Source: an uncultured Pseudomonadota bacterium (GTDB lineage: Bacteria > Myxococcota_A > Polyangia > Fen-1088). Taken from it: 64,000 nucleotides of DNA. The position numbers and the translations under genes were made by a program. Below the pieces are notes generated by a model. That model saw only the letters and a program-made list of their open reading frames with translations. It had not been told where the DNA came from and ran no database searches. This document shows, piece after piece, positions 1 through 12,132 of this stretch. How positions within the stretch are numbered: position 1 is the first letter of the stretch; each line of letters starts with the position of its first letter. Location: assembly GCA_963847705.1 (NCBI GenBank), contig CAWKBC010000001.1, positions 32,001 through 96,000 of the forward strand, written 5' to 3'.

Positions 1-731
1 GTCCACGATCTCAAGAACCCACTGTCGAGCATCCTCTCCAACGTTCAGTACGTGCAGAGCCGGGCGGCGCTGCCGGTCGACGAGCGCGAGTCGCTGGAGG
101 ATGTGTTGCGGGCGTCGCAGTCGATGGTCCGGCTGGTGATGAACCTGCTCGACGTGAGCCGGAGCGACGACGGCGCGCTCATCCCGCAGATCTCCGCGTT
201 CCAGCTGCCGGAGCTGCTGGGGGAGATCTGCTCCGAGATGGGGCGCCGGATCGAGGACAAGGGGCAACGCCTGGAGCTCTCGCTCGGGCCGGGGGTGGGC
301 CTCCTGCGCGGTGATCGCGATCTGGTGCGGCGGATCGTGGAAAACCTGATCGACAACGCCTACAAATACGGCCCCAAACGGGCAACGATCTCCGTCGAGG
401 TGCTGCTGGCGACGATGGACGCCGGCGCCGAGCCGGCGGTCGAGATCAGGGTGCGCGACGAGGGGGCGGGGATCCCCGAGGCCTACCGCCAGATCGTGTT
501 CGAGAAGTACGGGCGGGCCGGCGGCTCCGGGCTGCACGAGGGGCGCTCCAGCCACGGCCTCGGGTTGGTGTTCTGCCGGCGGGCGGTGAATGTGCACGGC
601 GGCGCCATCTGGATCGACGCGCAGGCCACGCAGGGCAGCTGCTTCTGCGTTCGCCTTCCGGTCGCGCGGCTGCCGCTCAGCGCCTCGGCCGCGCCCCCGG
701 CGCTCGCCGAACGAAGCGGGCTCGCCTCCCG

Positions 732-735
<4 letters not shown>
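1..735 (+). CDS. Sensor histidine kinase, C-terminal part (HisKA + HATPase), 5'-truncated by window edge
   Basis: Frame 1 reads VHDLKNPLSSI (H-box), then ENLIDNAYKY (N-box), DEGAGI (G1) and GLGL (G2). Confidence 0.92.
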
Positions 736-3164
<2,429 letters not shown>

Positions 3165-3269
3165 ATGGGACAGCCGCCTCGGCGCCAGACAGGCCGAGGA
3201 ATGACAGGCAGGTCAGCCCCGCTCGAAAAGGCGGCCAAGTCTGTGTCGCCTTGATATATGGATTAGACC

Positions 3270-4229
3270 ATGGATGCTCTTACCCTCGATCAGATCAGGG
3301 TTTTTGTGTCGATCGTTGACGAGGGCAGCTTCCCGAAAGCGGCAAGATCGCTGCGACGGGCTCAGTCGGCAGTTACCTACGCCATCCGAAAACTGGAGGC
3401 TGAAGTCGGCGTCCCGCTGTTCGATCGTTCGGCCTACCGCTCGGTGCTCACGCCGGCCGGCCGCGCGCTGCTGACCCGAGCGCGTCGCATTGCTGAAGAA
3501 GCGGGAGCGTTCCGCGAACAGGCACGCGGCCTCGCCAGCGGTCTGGAAGCCGAGTTGAGCATCGTGCTGGACGCGCTTTATCCGATGCCTCAGATATTTG
3601 AAGCGCTTCGGGCTTTCACCGAACAGTTCCCGACGGTCCCGCCGCGCCTGTATGTCGCGTCACTGGGCGCCGCCGCGAACCTGGTGACCGACGGGACATG
3701 CGCGATCGGACTGCTGCCGAGCAACATCGCTGAGCTCGCCGCGCTCAAACTCACTCCGACCACCACCTTTCATCTTTGCCCGGTGGTCTCTCCGTCCCAT
3801 CCCCTCGCGTCCATACAGGGCATCATCGAGCTCCACGTGCTCCGCCAACATGTTCAACTTGTCTTGACGGACGCGTCAACGTTGACGGCTGCCAAGGATT
3901 GGGGCGTGCTCTCCAGTCGAACCTGGCGCCTGGCCGATCTCGGTGCCAAAAAAGCGATGCTGCTCGCGGGGCTCGGCTGGGGAAATATGCCGGCCCACTT
4001 GGTAGAGGACGAAATCAAAGACGGGAGGTTGACCGTCATTCAGCCGGCCGGCTTCGACGCGCTCACACCGCTGGTGCTTGGCGCTGCCTACATTTCGGAG
4101 CACAGCCTCGGACCTGCTGGTCGGTGGATGCTGGCTCACTTGACCTCCGTAACGAGCGCGGCCCGCGCCAGCGTATCGACGTCTGATCCCGCCGCGCCGA
4201 AAGTGATCCAGTCGCCGCTGCGAAGGTGA
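3270..4229 (+). CDS. LysR-family transcriptional regulator
   Basis: N-terminal HTH (EGSFPKAARSLRRAQSAVTYAIRKLE..LFDRS) followed by a substrate-binding domain. Confidence 0.95.
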   Translation: MDALTLDQIRVFVSIVDEGSFPKAARSLRRAQSAVTYAIRKLEAEVGVPLFDRSAYRSVLTPAGRALLTRARRIAEEAGAFREQARGLASGLEAELSIVLDALYPMPQIFEALRAFTEQFPTVPPRLYVASLGAAANLVTDGTCAIGLLPSNIAELAALKLTPTTTFHLCPVVSPSHPLASIQGIIELHVLRQHVQLVLTDASTLTAAKDWGVLSSRTWRLADLGAKKAMLLAGLGWGNMPAHLVEDEIKDGRLTVIQPAGFDALTPLVLGAAYISEHSLGPAGRWMLAHLTSVTSAARASVSTSDPAAPKVIQSPLRR

Positions 4230-4288
4230 TCCACCCCGCGACCAGGGATCTTGCGGTACCGGTACACGCCCACGCCGATCGCGCACAT

Positions 4289-4328
4289 CATCTAATTTGT
4301 GGACCAAGAAGGTCTAAACTTAATTAGG
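4289..4328 (+). promoter_or_regulatory. Putative LysR-type operator in AT-rich promoter region
   Basis: ATC-TAATTTGTG-GAC (T-N11-A-type box) and a second similar box (GTCTAAACTTAATTAG) between lysR and the SDR gene. Confidence 0.4.
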
Positions 4329-4382
4329 TGTTTGGGGGCCGCGGTACCCTCATCTTTCGTACAACCCAAGGAGGTGTACGAG

Positions 4383-5117
4383 ATGCCCACACTGAAAGGA
4401 AAGACCGCCGTGATCACCGGTGGCGCCACCGGCATCGGCCGCGCGGCAGCGAAGCGCTTCATCGAGGAGGGCGCCGTGGTCTTCATCTTCGGCCGCCGGC
4501 AGGAAGCGCTCGACGCCGCTCTGGGCTATCTCGGGCCCAATGCCCGCGCGGTGAAGGGCTCGGTCTCGGATGAGGCCGACCTCGACCGACTCTACGCGGC
4601 GGTGAAGGCCGAGCGCGGAACCCTCGACATCGTCTTGGCCAATGCCGGGGCGGGAAGCCCGCTTCCCCTCGGCAAGATCACCGCCGAGCACATTGACGAA
4701 ACCTTCGACACCAATGTGAAGGGTACGATCTTCACGGTCCAGAAGGCGCTGCCGCTGATGGGCCGGGGCGGTTCGATCATTCTGACCGGATCGAGCGCCG
4801 GCACCACGGGCGCCCCGGCAATGAGCGCCTACGGCGCGAGCAAGGCGGCCGTGCGCAACCTCGCGCGGAGCTGGGCGGAGGACCTGAAGGGCACCGGCAT
4901 CCGAGTAAATGTGCTGTCGCCCGGTGCGACGGCGACCGAGCTCGCGAAGGCAGCGCTGGGCGAGGAGGGCCAGAAGGTCTTCGCCGCGATGACTCCGCTC
5001 CAGCGCATGGCCGATCCGGCGGAGATCGGAGCGGCGGCTGCCTTTCTCGCGTCGTCGGACAGCAGCTTCATGACCGGCAGCGAGCTCGCCGTCGACGGCG
5101 GCCTGGCGCAAATCTGA
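4383..5117 (+). CDS. Short-chain dehydrogenase/reductase
   Basis: TGGATGIG, NAG and YGASK motifs; RBS AAGGAGG before ATG 4383. Confidence 0.95.
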   Translation: MPTLKGKTAVITGGATGIGRAAAKRFIEEGAVVFIFGRRQEALDAALGYLGPNARAVKGSVSDEADLDRLYAAVKAERGTLDIVLANAGAGSPLPLGKITAEHIDETFDTNVKGTIFTVQKALPLMGRGGSIILTGSSAGTTGAPAMSAYGASKAAVRNLARSWAEDLKGTGIRVNVLSPGATATELAKAALGEEGQKVFAAMTPLQRMADPAEIGAAAAFLASSDSSFMTGSELAVDGGLAQI

Positions 5118-5189
5118 CGCGTTCGACAGGCCCGGCGCCCCATTCGATCTTCGGAGCCCGTAGGGCGCGGGCTAAACCCAGGAGACACC

Positions 5190-5789
5190 ATGAGCTACGC
5201 AATCATCGGCTTCGGTAAGATCGGCCAGGCTCTTGCCAAGGCGTTTGCCCGCAAGGGCCTCGAACTGTCCGTGGCAACCACGCGCGACCCGGAGGGCTTT
5301 GCAGCCGATGCGGCCGCGATCGGACCCACGATCATCCCCCAGACGCTGGCGGAAGCCGTCAAGGCGGACATCGTCTTTTTGGCGGTCCGTTTCCAGTCAC
5401 ACCGGGATGTCGCGAAGGCGCTGCCGACCTGGAAGGGAAAGACCATCATCGATGTGACCAATGCCTACGGCGTGCCCCCTGAGGAACTGGGGGGACAACC
5501 TTCTTCCAGGGCCGTCGCGCAGGCCTTCGCTGGTGGAAGACTGGTCAAGGGCTTCAACCATTTGGGCGCTGCCGTCCTGGCCCAAGATCCGGCCGTACAT
5601 GGTGGCAGGAGAGTCGTGTTCCTTGCGAGCGACGACGACGCAGCTGCATCGGAGATTGGTGCGCTTGCGGAGACTCTCGGTTTCTCGCCCATCAAACTTG
5701 GCGGGCTTTCGGAAGGCGGGCTGCTCGTTCAAGCCCGCGGAAACAGCTGGGGTCAGCTGATCTTCAAGGACCTGGTCAAGTTCGACTGA
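5190..5789 (+). CDS. NAD(P)-binding oxidoreductase, F420-dependent NADP reductase family
   Basis: IIGFGKIG Rossmann motif, DVTNA, VKGFNHL; RBS AGGAG. Confidence 0.88.
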   Translation: MSYAIIGFGKIGQALAKAFARKGLELSVATTRDPEGFAADAAAIGPTIIPQTLAEAVKADIVFLAVRFQSHRDVAKALPTWKGKTIIDVTNAYGVPPEELGGQPSSRAVAQAFAGGRLVKGFNHLGAAVLAQDPAVHGGRRVVFLASDDDAAASEIGALAETLGFSPIKLGGLSEGGLLVQARGNSWGQLIFKDLVKFD

Positions 5790-5883
5790 TGAATCGCGAT
5801 CGCAGATCTCGACGCTCGCAGTGAGCCGCGCGCACTGCGGATCTGCGGGCAACGGGCGCATATGAGCGCCATCAACGAAAGGA

Positions 5884-6648
5884 ATGAATCTCATGTCCAA
5901 CAAGCTCGACTTCTCCAAGGAGCTCATCGGCCGTCGTGCGCTCGTCACCGGAGGCACCCGCGGCATCGGCGCGGCGATCGCGCAGCGCCTGCTCGACGCC
6001 GGCGCGAAGGTCGTGGTGACGGCGCGCTCTCGTGGTGAGACGTTGCCCGCCGGCGCCGCGTTCGTCGCGGGCGATGTCGCCTCCGCCGCTGGGGTGAAAG
6101 TCATAGCCGCCGCGGCGCTCGAAGCCCTCGGCGGTCTCGACATCCTCGTGAACAACGCGGGCGGCGCCAGCGGGTTCCCGCAAGGCACCGCGTCCATCCC
6201 GGACGAGGCGTGGCAGGCCGGCTTTGCTCTCAACCTGTTCGCTGCAATCCGGTTGACGAATGTGCTTTTGCCGGCGCTTCGCGAATCGAAGGCCGGCGCC
6301 ATCGTGAACATCTCGTCGGGCGCGGCGACGATGGCTGTCGGGGCGGTTGCCCACTACGGCGCCGCGAAGGCGGCGCTCAACAGCTATTCACGTTCGCTCG
6401 CGATCGATCTCGCGCCGAGCAACATCCGTGTGAACGTCGTGTCACCGGGCCCGGTGACGACGCCCGGGAGCAGGGAGTTCAGCGATGCGATGGGCGCTCC
6501 GCCCGACCTCTTCGCCAAGGAAATTCCGCTCGGTCGCTATGGGTCCCCGGAGGACCTGGCGGAGGTCGTCGCGTTGCTCGCGTCGGACCGAGGGAAGTGG
6601 ATGACGGGCGGGATCATCAACGTCGACGGCGGAATGACGGCGCGCTGA
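5884..6648 (+). CDS. Short-chain dehydrogenase/reductase
   Basis: TGGTRGIG, NNAG, YGAAK, NVDGG motifs. Start may be ATG 5893. Confidence 0.95.
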   Translation: MNLMSNKLDFSKELIGRRALVTGGTRGIGAAIAQRLLDAGAKVVVTARSRGETLPAGAAFVAGDVASAAGVKVIAAAALEALGGLDILVNNAGGASGFPQGTASIPDEAWQAGFALNLFAAIRLTNVLLPALRESKAGAIVNISSGAATMAVGAVAHYGAAKAALNSYSRSLAIDLAPSNIRVNVVSPGPVTTPGSREFSDAMGAPPDLFAKEIPLGRYGSPEDLAEVVALLASDRGKWMTGGIINVDGGMTAR

Positions 6649-6820
6649 AGGTTGGGTCCTGAGCACGCGATGGACACGACTGCTTTGGTGCCCGACGCGG
6701 TTCGGTGCGGCAGGTGCAACGCGTCCTACGAAGACAGCGCTTGGGGCGACGCTACCGCTGATAGTTCGATGATTGGGTCTTCGACCTCACCGTTCGAAAT
6801 TGCAAGGTAAGGAGATCCCG

Positions 6821-7453
6821 ATGTACGACCAATCCAAGCTATCCGAGTTGATCCGGTTCGCACGAGTCGAGGCGGGCTCCACCGTCATCGACGTTTACCC
6901 GGGCGATGGCGACTGGACCCGTCTCTTCTCCGACATCGTGGGACCCGAAGGACGGGTCTACAGCTTCGTGCCGGCCGACGTCGCCCACTTCAAGAACGAT
7001 CCGGTCGGCCGCATGCGGACACTGGCCAGCGAGCCAGGCCGACAGAACGTCGAAGCCGTCTCGGCGGACCTCGTGGCGATGCTGGAGGCCACGCAACCAG
7101 CGGATGTCCTGTGGCTGCACCTCTTTTACCACGATCTCCACACCGCGCTGATCCAGGCCAGGGGCGCGACCGCGGCCCGCTTCAATCGAGCCGTCTACGA
7201 GCGGCTGAAGCCCGGTGGGGCCTACGTCATCGTAGACCACGCCGCCGCCGTCGGGGCGGGCGCGAGAGACGCCCAGTCGCTGCATCGGATTGAGCCTGCA
7301 TCCGCTCGCCAGGAGGTGGAGGCGGCCGGCTTCGTACTCGACGCGGAAAGCACCATGCTCGCGAACGCGGACGATCTGCACGCGATCAAGGTGTTCGATC
7401 CCTCGATCAAGGGCGAGACCGATCGCTTCGCCTATCGGTTCGTGAGGCCCTGA
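6821..7453 (+). CDS. Class I SAM-dependent methyltransferase
   Basis: VIDVYPGDGDWT motif I variant, LKPGG, DH..H motifs; RBS AAGGAG before ATG 6821. Confidence 0.85.
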   Translation: MYDQSKLSELIRFARVEAGSTVIDVYPGDGDWTRLFSDIVGPEGRVYSFVPADVAHFKNDPVGRMRTLASEPGRQNVEAVSADLVAMLEATQPADVLWLHLFYHDLHTALIQARGATAARFNRAVYERLKPGGAYVIVDHAAAVGAGARDAQSLHRIEPASARQEVEAAGFVLDAESTMLANADDLHAIKVFDPSIKGETDRFAYRFVRP

Positions 7454-7473
7454 CAGGTCCCGGCCCCGACTTC

Positions 7474-7551
7474 ATGTCGACCTCCCGAATGGAGCCCGGC
7501 CCGGAGGCCAACGCCCAAGAGGAGGAGATCCTGCGCCTGCTCGAGGCGGCT
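7474..7551 (+). pseudogene. Possible ECF sigma factor internal remnant
   Basis: Reads PGPEANAQEEEILRLLEAA, resembling the linker before region 4 of ECF sigma factors. Short match. Confidence 0.3.
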
Positions 7552-7577
7552 GGCGCGGCTCGGAGAATGGTCGGCGC

Positions 7578-8738
7578 TCAGCCGAAGCTGGCGTGATAGC
7601 CCGCGTCCTCGACCGAGAGGGCGGCCTTGGTGGCGCGCAGCGGGGCGTAGGTGTCGAGCATGACGGCCAGCTCGTCGGTGGCGCGGGCGCCGATGCTCTC
7701 CTCGTAGGCGCCCGGGTGCGGGCCGTGGGTGACGCCGGCAGGGTGGTGCGAGAAGCTGCCGACGCCCACCCCCTTGCGCGAGGTGAAGTTGCCCCCCGCG
7801 TAGAAGATGGTCTCGTCGCAGTCGACCGATGAATGCGGGTAGGGGCAGGGGATCGCCTGCGGGTGGAAGTCGAGCGGGCGCGGCACGAAGCTGCAGATGA
7901 GGGCGCCGCGCGTGGCGAAGGTGCCGTGCACCGTGGGTGGCAGGTGCGTCAGGCCGACCCGCGGGCGGAAGTTGAGGATGGGAAAGACCCAGGGGTAGAC
8001 GGCGCCGTCCCAGCCGACCACGTCGAGCGGCGCGTGCGGGAGGCGGAAGCCGTGAAATCCGCCGCCACGCTTCACCACCAGATCGCGCAACCCTTCGTCG
8101 CGCGGGCCGGTGAAGAGCGGACGGCGAAAATCGCGGTGGCTGTAGGGGGCGTCCATGCGGAGCTGGCCCACCTCGTTGCGCCACTGCTTGAGCAACCCGA
8201 AGCTCGCCGCGCATTCGATCGACAGCCAGTACTGCGGCCCTTCGTCGGGGATGAAGCGGTGCGGGAGCCCCTTGGGAACGAGAACGTAGTCGCGCGGCCC
8301 GAAGGGGAGATCGCCCAGCGCCGAGCGCAGGAGGCCGCCGCCCGAGAGGATGAAGTAGAGATCGTCGCCGTCGCCGTTCGAGAAGTAGACCGGGTCGGGC
8401 TCGTCGGGGTGGAGGATGGAGAGGACCACGTCGTCGTTGAACAGCAGCGGCACGCGCGCGTCGATGGCGGCGCCTCCCCGCCGCGCCAGCTCCTGCGACA
8501 GATAGTGCCGGCGCGCCAGCGGGCGCTGTTCGTCGTCGGTGTCGGCGGGGATCTCCCAGCCGTGCGCGGCGGTGACGGGCGTGCTCGGGTGGGGGCGCCC
8601 CTGGTGGTAGAGGATGGTGAAGGGCCCGTCGAACCCGCCGCGCGTGAGGCACTCCTCGTGGCGGAGGCGGCCGCCTTCGTCGCGCAAGGCCGTGTGCGCC
8701 TTGTCGGGAACCACGCCGGCCACCATGCGATCCAACAT
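7578..8738 (-). CDS. hmgA: Homogentisate 1,2-dioxygenase
   Basis: FSNGDGDDLYF, PLDVVGWDG, HLPPTVHGTF, PYPHSSVDCDE, HGPHPG; downstream of hppD. Confidence 0.95.
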   Translation of the reverse strand: MLDRMVAGVVPDKAHTALRDEGGRLRHEECLTRGGFDGPFTILYHQGRPHPSTPVTAAHGWEIPADTDDEQRPLARRHYLSQELARRGGAAIDARVPLLFNDDVVLSILHPDEPDPVYFSNGDGDDLYFILSGGGLLRSALGDLPFGPRDYVLVPKGLPHRFIPDEGPQYWLSIECAASFGLLKQWRNEVGQLRMDAPYSHRDFRRPLFTGPRDEGLRDLVVKRGGGFHGFRLPHAPLDVVGWDGAVYPWVFPILNFRPRVGLTHLPPTVHGTFATRGALICSFVPRPLDFHPQAIPCPYPHSSVDCDETIFYAGGNFTSRKGVGVGSFSHHPAGVTHGPHPGAYEESIGARATDELAVMLDTYAPLRATKAALSVEDAGYHASFG

Positions 8739-8755
8739 CGAGCCTCCTTCTGGCT

Positions 8756-9922
8756 TTACGCTGATCTGCCGCGCGACTGGTCCCGTTCGATCGCCTCGAA
8801 CAGGGCCCGGAAGTTCCCGGCGCCGAATCCGTTGTCCCCTTTGCGCTGGATGATCTCGAAGAAGAACGGTCCCGCCTCGGGATCGTGGTAGCGGCCGGCC
8901 GCCTCCTTCAAGAAGATCTGCAGCAGATATTTGTGCGGCTTGTCGCCGTCGACCAGGATCTCCAGCTCACGCAGGAGGTCGACGCTCTCGTCGATGGTGC
9001 CGACGCCGATCTGGCGGAGCCGCTCCGGCAGCACGTCGAAGTAGCTGCCCGGCGTCGACATGAACTCCACGCCGGCGTCGCGCAGCCCGCGCACGGCCCC
9101 CACGATGTCGCGCACCGAGAGGGCGGAGTGCTGGATCCCGTCGCCCCGGTTGTCTTCGGCGAAGAGGTTGATCTGCGATTCCTTGAAGAACGGGCGGAAC
9201 GGCTCGTTGTTGGCGAACTTCACGCCCGAGGCGGGATCCCACATGACGATCGATTTCAAACCGGAGCCATGCTCTCGCTTGTGGGCGCTGGCCACGTCCC
9301 GGGTGTGGAAGGCGATCTCCCAGAGCTGCTCGAAGCCGAGCACGTGCTCCATCCAGAGCAACGCCGGCTTCATGGTCTGAAAGTTGGCGGTCAGGTGGTC
9401 GATGCGCTCGAAGCCGAACCGGTTGCCGGTCGCGCCCGCGGTGGCGGCCCCGATCGCCCTGGGCACGAAGCCCGGGAACAGCGTCGAATAGCCGCGCCGT
9501 TCGACGAAGCGGAAGGTGGTGTCGCCGAACGGCGTGGTGACGGAGAACATCGCCAGCGTGCCCCCCTCGTCGGAGAAGCGCTGCACGTCGGTGATGAGGG
9601 TGCCGCCCCGTTCGTCGAGCAGCCGGAAGGTCCGGTCGATCTCCTCGACGTCGAGCACCACCGTGCCGACCCCTTCCGGGTGCTTGCGCAGGTAGCGCCA
9701 GGCGCGCCCCCCCTCGCCCAGCGGCTGGTGGATGACGTAGAGCGCCTCGCCCGCGCGGAAGGCGGCCGAGCGCTGCCGCCCTTCGCGTTCGAGCTCAGGG
9801 CCGCTCGACCCGATCTCGACGAAGTCGAGCTTGTCGACGAAGAACCGCCGCGTCCGTTCCAGGTCGTGGACGTAGTAGTGCAGGGCCTCGATCCGCTGGA
9901 TCCCGAGCGACGGGCGAGCCAT
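8756..9922 (-). CDS. hppD: 4-hydroxyphenylpyruvate dioxygenase
   Basis: IDHL, SQI..F...NRGDGIQH, YLLQIF, FFFEIIQRKGDNGFGAGNFRALFEAIERDQ. Confidence 0.95.
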   Translation of the reverse strand: MARPSLGIQRIEALHYYVHDLERTRRFFVDKLDFVEIGSSGPELEREGRQRSAAFRAGEALYVIHQPLGEGGRAWRYLRKHPEGVGTVVLDVEEIDRTFRLLDERGGTLITDVQRFSDEGGTLAMFSVTTPFGDTTFRFVERRGYSTLFPGFVPRAIGAATAGATGNRFGFERIDHLTANFQTMKPALLWMEHVLGFEQLWEIAFHTRDVASAHKREHGSGLKSIVMWDPASGVKFANNEPFRPFFKESQINLFAEDNRGDGIQHSALSVRDIVGAVRGLRDAGVEFMSTPGSYFDVLPERLRQIGVGTIDESVDLLRELEILVDGDKPHKYLLQIFLKEAAGRYHDPEAGPFFFEIIQRKGDNGFGAGNFRALFEAIERDQSRGRSA

Positions 9923-9931
9923 GCGTTGATT

Positions 9932-10309
9932 CTACCGCGCCCCGGTCCTGCTCGCCCGTCGGTGCCGGCTCCGCTGCCGGGCATGGACCAGGCGCGGCTC
10001 CATCAGCGCCGAGACCGCCACCCCCAAGAACGCCACGGCGAAGAAGAAATTCAGCCAGGTGGCCCAGCCGGGCTGGCCGCCCGCGAGCCCGACCACCCAG
10101 GCGACACCCAGCCCCAACCCGAGCAGGGCCGGGCCGAAGGCGCGGCTGGGATTCCGCTCGGGGTCGGAGAGCAGGGCCGCCACGCCGAACGACGCCACCG
10201 CCGCGATGGCGTCGACCCAGAGCAGCGTCGCCGCGGGGTTCGTGCTGAGGCCGACCCACCAGAAGATACCGAGGGCGATCCCCAGGATGAAACAGCTCGT
10301 CCGCACCAT
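9932..10309 (-). CDS. Small 4-TM membrane protein
   Basis: Four hydrophobic segments; RBS AAGGAGAGGGGG; co-oriented with hppD. Confidence 0.7.
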   Translation of the reverse strand: MVRTSCFILGIALGIFWWVGLSTNPAATLLWVDAIAAVASFGVAALLSDPERNPSRAFGPALLGLGLGVAWVVGLAGGQPGWATWLNFFFAVAFLGVAVSALMEPRLVHARQRSRHRRASRTGAR

Positions 10310-10381
10310 GACGGCCCCCTCTCTCCTTGAAGGTGGTCACGGTCGAACGACGGGCGAGCTGGGCCGGAACCCTGCGGCCCC

Positions 10382-10424
10382 GTCTCCGGCGTCCCGCGTC
10401 TCGGCGCCCGAGTCTCGGCGCCCG
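10382..10424. repeat. Short direct repeat GTCTCGGCGCCCG (2 exact copies, 14-bp period, plus 1 degenerate copy)
   Basis: Seen directly, about 5 bp downstream of the stop of the minus-strand gene ending at 10430. Confidence 0.7.
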
Positions 10425-10429
10425 TGTTG

Positions 10430-11566
10430 TTAAGAAGAAGGGCACATGGTGGCGACCGGAACCACGCAACTGCCGGCCGTGCCGCCGTCGCCGGCGACCA
10501 CGCAGCGCGCCGGGAACATGCAGCCGGGCCCGACCGACGTGTCGCAGACGCCGTTGTCGGGCGAGAACGGCTTGCAAGCGCCGAAATCGCTGCCGGTGGC
10601 GACGCCGGTCGCGGTGTAGCACTCCCCGGCCACGCAGCCAGAGCGCGTGCCGTCGGCGAAGAGGCCGCACAGGGTGCCCGCCGGGGTGGGCGACGCCACG
10701 CCGCCGTCGGGCGTGCCGGCGTCGCTCGCGGTCGCCCCGGCGTCGGTGCCGACGGTGCCGTTATACCCGGGGTAGATGATTCGCATGCAGTTCTTGGCGC
10801 CGGTCGGGCCGCCGCAGTAGAGCCCGCGCGTGGCGTCGCAGCCGGGGAGGGTGGTTCCGCCGCAGGCGGCGCCGACTTGCGTGGAGGCGATCTGGCAGGT
10901 CCCGGTGGTCCCCGTCTTGTCGTTCTGGCCGATGCAGGAGAGGCCCCGGTCGCAGGGGTGGCCGCTGTCGCAGACGCCGCCCGAGGCGAGGGGGATCTGG
11001 CATTCGGTCGTCGCGGCCACACAGCGAGCGCCGTTCACACAGGTCGAGTCCGAGCAGTCGTCGTCGGCGGCCGGCGCCGCGCCGCAGGTGCCGCAGACGC
11101 TGGTCTTGGTGCCGTTGCAGGTGCCGGACATGCACTGCCCGTTGAAGGTGCAGGCGGCGCCGCTCGGGCGCGGACCGGTGGGCGTGCAGGCGGCCGGCGG
11201 CTGGTTGTCGAAGTAGCTCGCGCAGGAGTATCCCACGAGGGCGGCGACACACTGCCCGATCTGGGTCGGGGTGTTGCCGTTGTCGGGCGCGTTGAGCGCG
11301 TTGGTGCAGTTGAGCGTCTGGCGGGCCACGCAGGTCGCCCTGTCGCCGTAGCTCGCGAGGATGCCGAACCCGACTCCAGGGTCATTGTCGCCGAGGCTGC
11401 ACTCGGACGCCTCGTTGCAGCGGGTCTCGGCGACCTCGGCGCAGGCGGTCGCGATGCTCGTGCCCGAGCTGCTGCTGCTACACCCGCTCGGCGCAATCAC
11501 CAGCCCCGTCCCACACAACGTCCAGGCCGTCAGCAAGCTGGCGCGCCAACCGAGTCGCGGTTTCAT
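10430..11566 (-). CDS. Cys-rich secreted lipoprotein
   Basis: Signal peptide ending APSGC, more than 30 Cys, DAG/DGG motifs typical of myxobacterial lipoproteins. Confidence 0.8.
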   Translation of the reverse strand: MKPRLGWRASLLTAWTLCGTGLVIAPSGCSSSSSGTSIATACAEVAETRCNEASECSLGDNDPGVGFGILASYGDRATCVARQTLNCTNALNAPDNGNTPTQIGQCVAALVGYSCASYFDNQPPAACTPTGPRPSGAACTFNGQCMSGTCNGTKTSVCGTCGAAPAADDDCSDSTCVNGARCVAATTECQIPLASGGVCDSGHPCDRGLSCIGQNDKTGTTGTCQIASTQVGAACGGTTLPGCDATRGLYCGGPTGAKNCMRIIYPGYNGTVGTDAGATASDAGTPDGGVASPTPAGTLCGLFADGTRSGCVAGECYTATGVATGSDFGACKPFSPDNGVCDTSVGPGCMFPARCVVAGDGGTAGSCVVPVATMCPSS

Positions 11567-11645
11567 GAGGGGGATGTTCACCGTCGAACCGCCGCCAGTC
11601 AAACGGCAAGGATCACACTCGCCGCCAGCCGCCGCCCGCCGGCGC

Positions 11646-11684
11646 CGGTCAGCCAGGCGCGACGGCGGTCAGCCAGGCGCGACG
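11646..11684. repeat. 19-bp direct repeat CGGTCAGCCAGGCGCGACG x2 in divergent intergenic region
   Basis: Exact duplication with 20-bp period. Confidence 0.8.
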
Positions 11685-11721
11685 AGAGCCCGACCTGGCT
11701 CAGGCGGTATAGTCTCCGGGC

Positions 11722-12126
11722 GTGAGACGGTACCGCGCGGTTGCGCAGGAGGACGACTGGGGCAGCGGCGTGGCGTGCGTCGCCTCGGTCCTGGGCACCA
11801 GCTACGCCCAGATCGTGGCCAAACTGGGGCAGAAGTGGAGCCGCAAGCCGACTCGGAGGCCGGCGCCTGGCGGGGGGCCATCGGCCGAGCTGCTCCGTGG
11901 CATCCTCAATGACGGCTTCAAGAACACCGGTCTCGTCTACGAGCTCGACGGGCCGTTCATCGGCGATCCGAATTCACTGGAGACCGGAACGATCGTCTCG
12001 CTCGCGAGCGGCCGCTACCTGATGCGCGCGGCCGACGGCTGGATGGATCCGGCGAGCGCCAGGATCCGCAAGCGCTTGCCTGAGAAGGTCCAGATGGCCT
12101 TGGTTCTCACGCCCGACAGCGAGTAG
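11722..12126 (+). CDS. Peptidase C39-like protein, apparently catalytically altered
   Basis: QEDDWGSGVACVASVL matches the C39 Q-x4-5-CG-x-AC motif with Ser for Cys; GRYL...GWMDP downstream. Confidence 0.6.
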   Translation: MRRYRAVAQEDDWGSGVACVASVLGTSYAQIVAKLGQKWSRKPTRRPAPGGGPSAELLRGILNDGFKNTGLVYELDGPFIGDPNSLETGTIVSLASGRYLMRAADGWMDPASARIRKRLPEKVQMALVLTPDSE

Positions 12127-12132
12127 CCAGGC

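Noticed and set aside
6670-6810. Short ORF with CxxC (RCGRC)
   Set aside because: Under 50 aa with no RBS and no recognisable family; cannot be supported.
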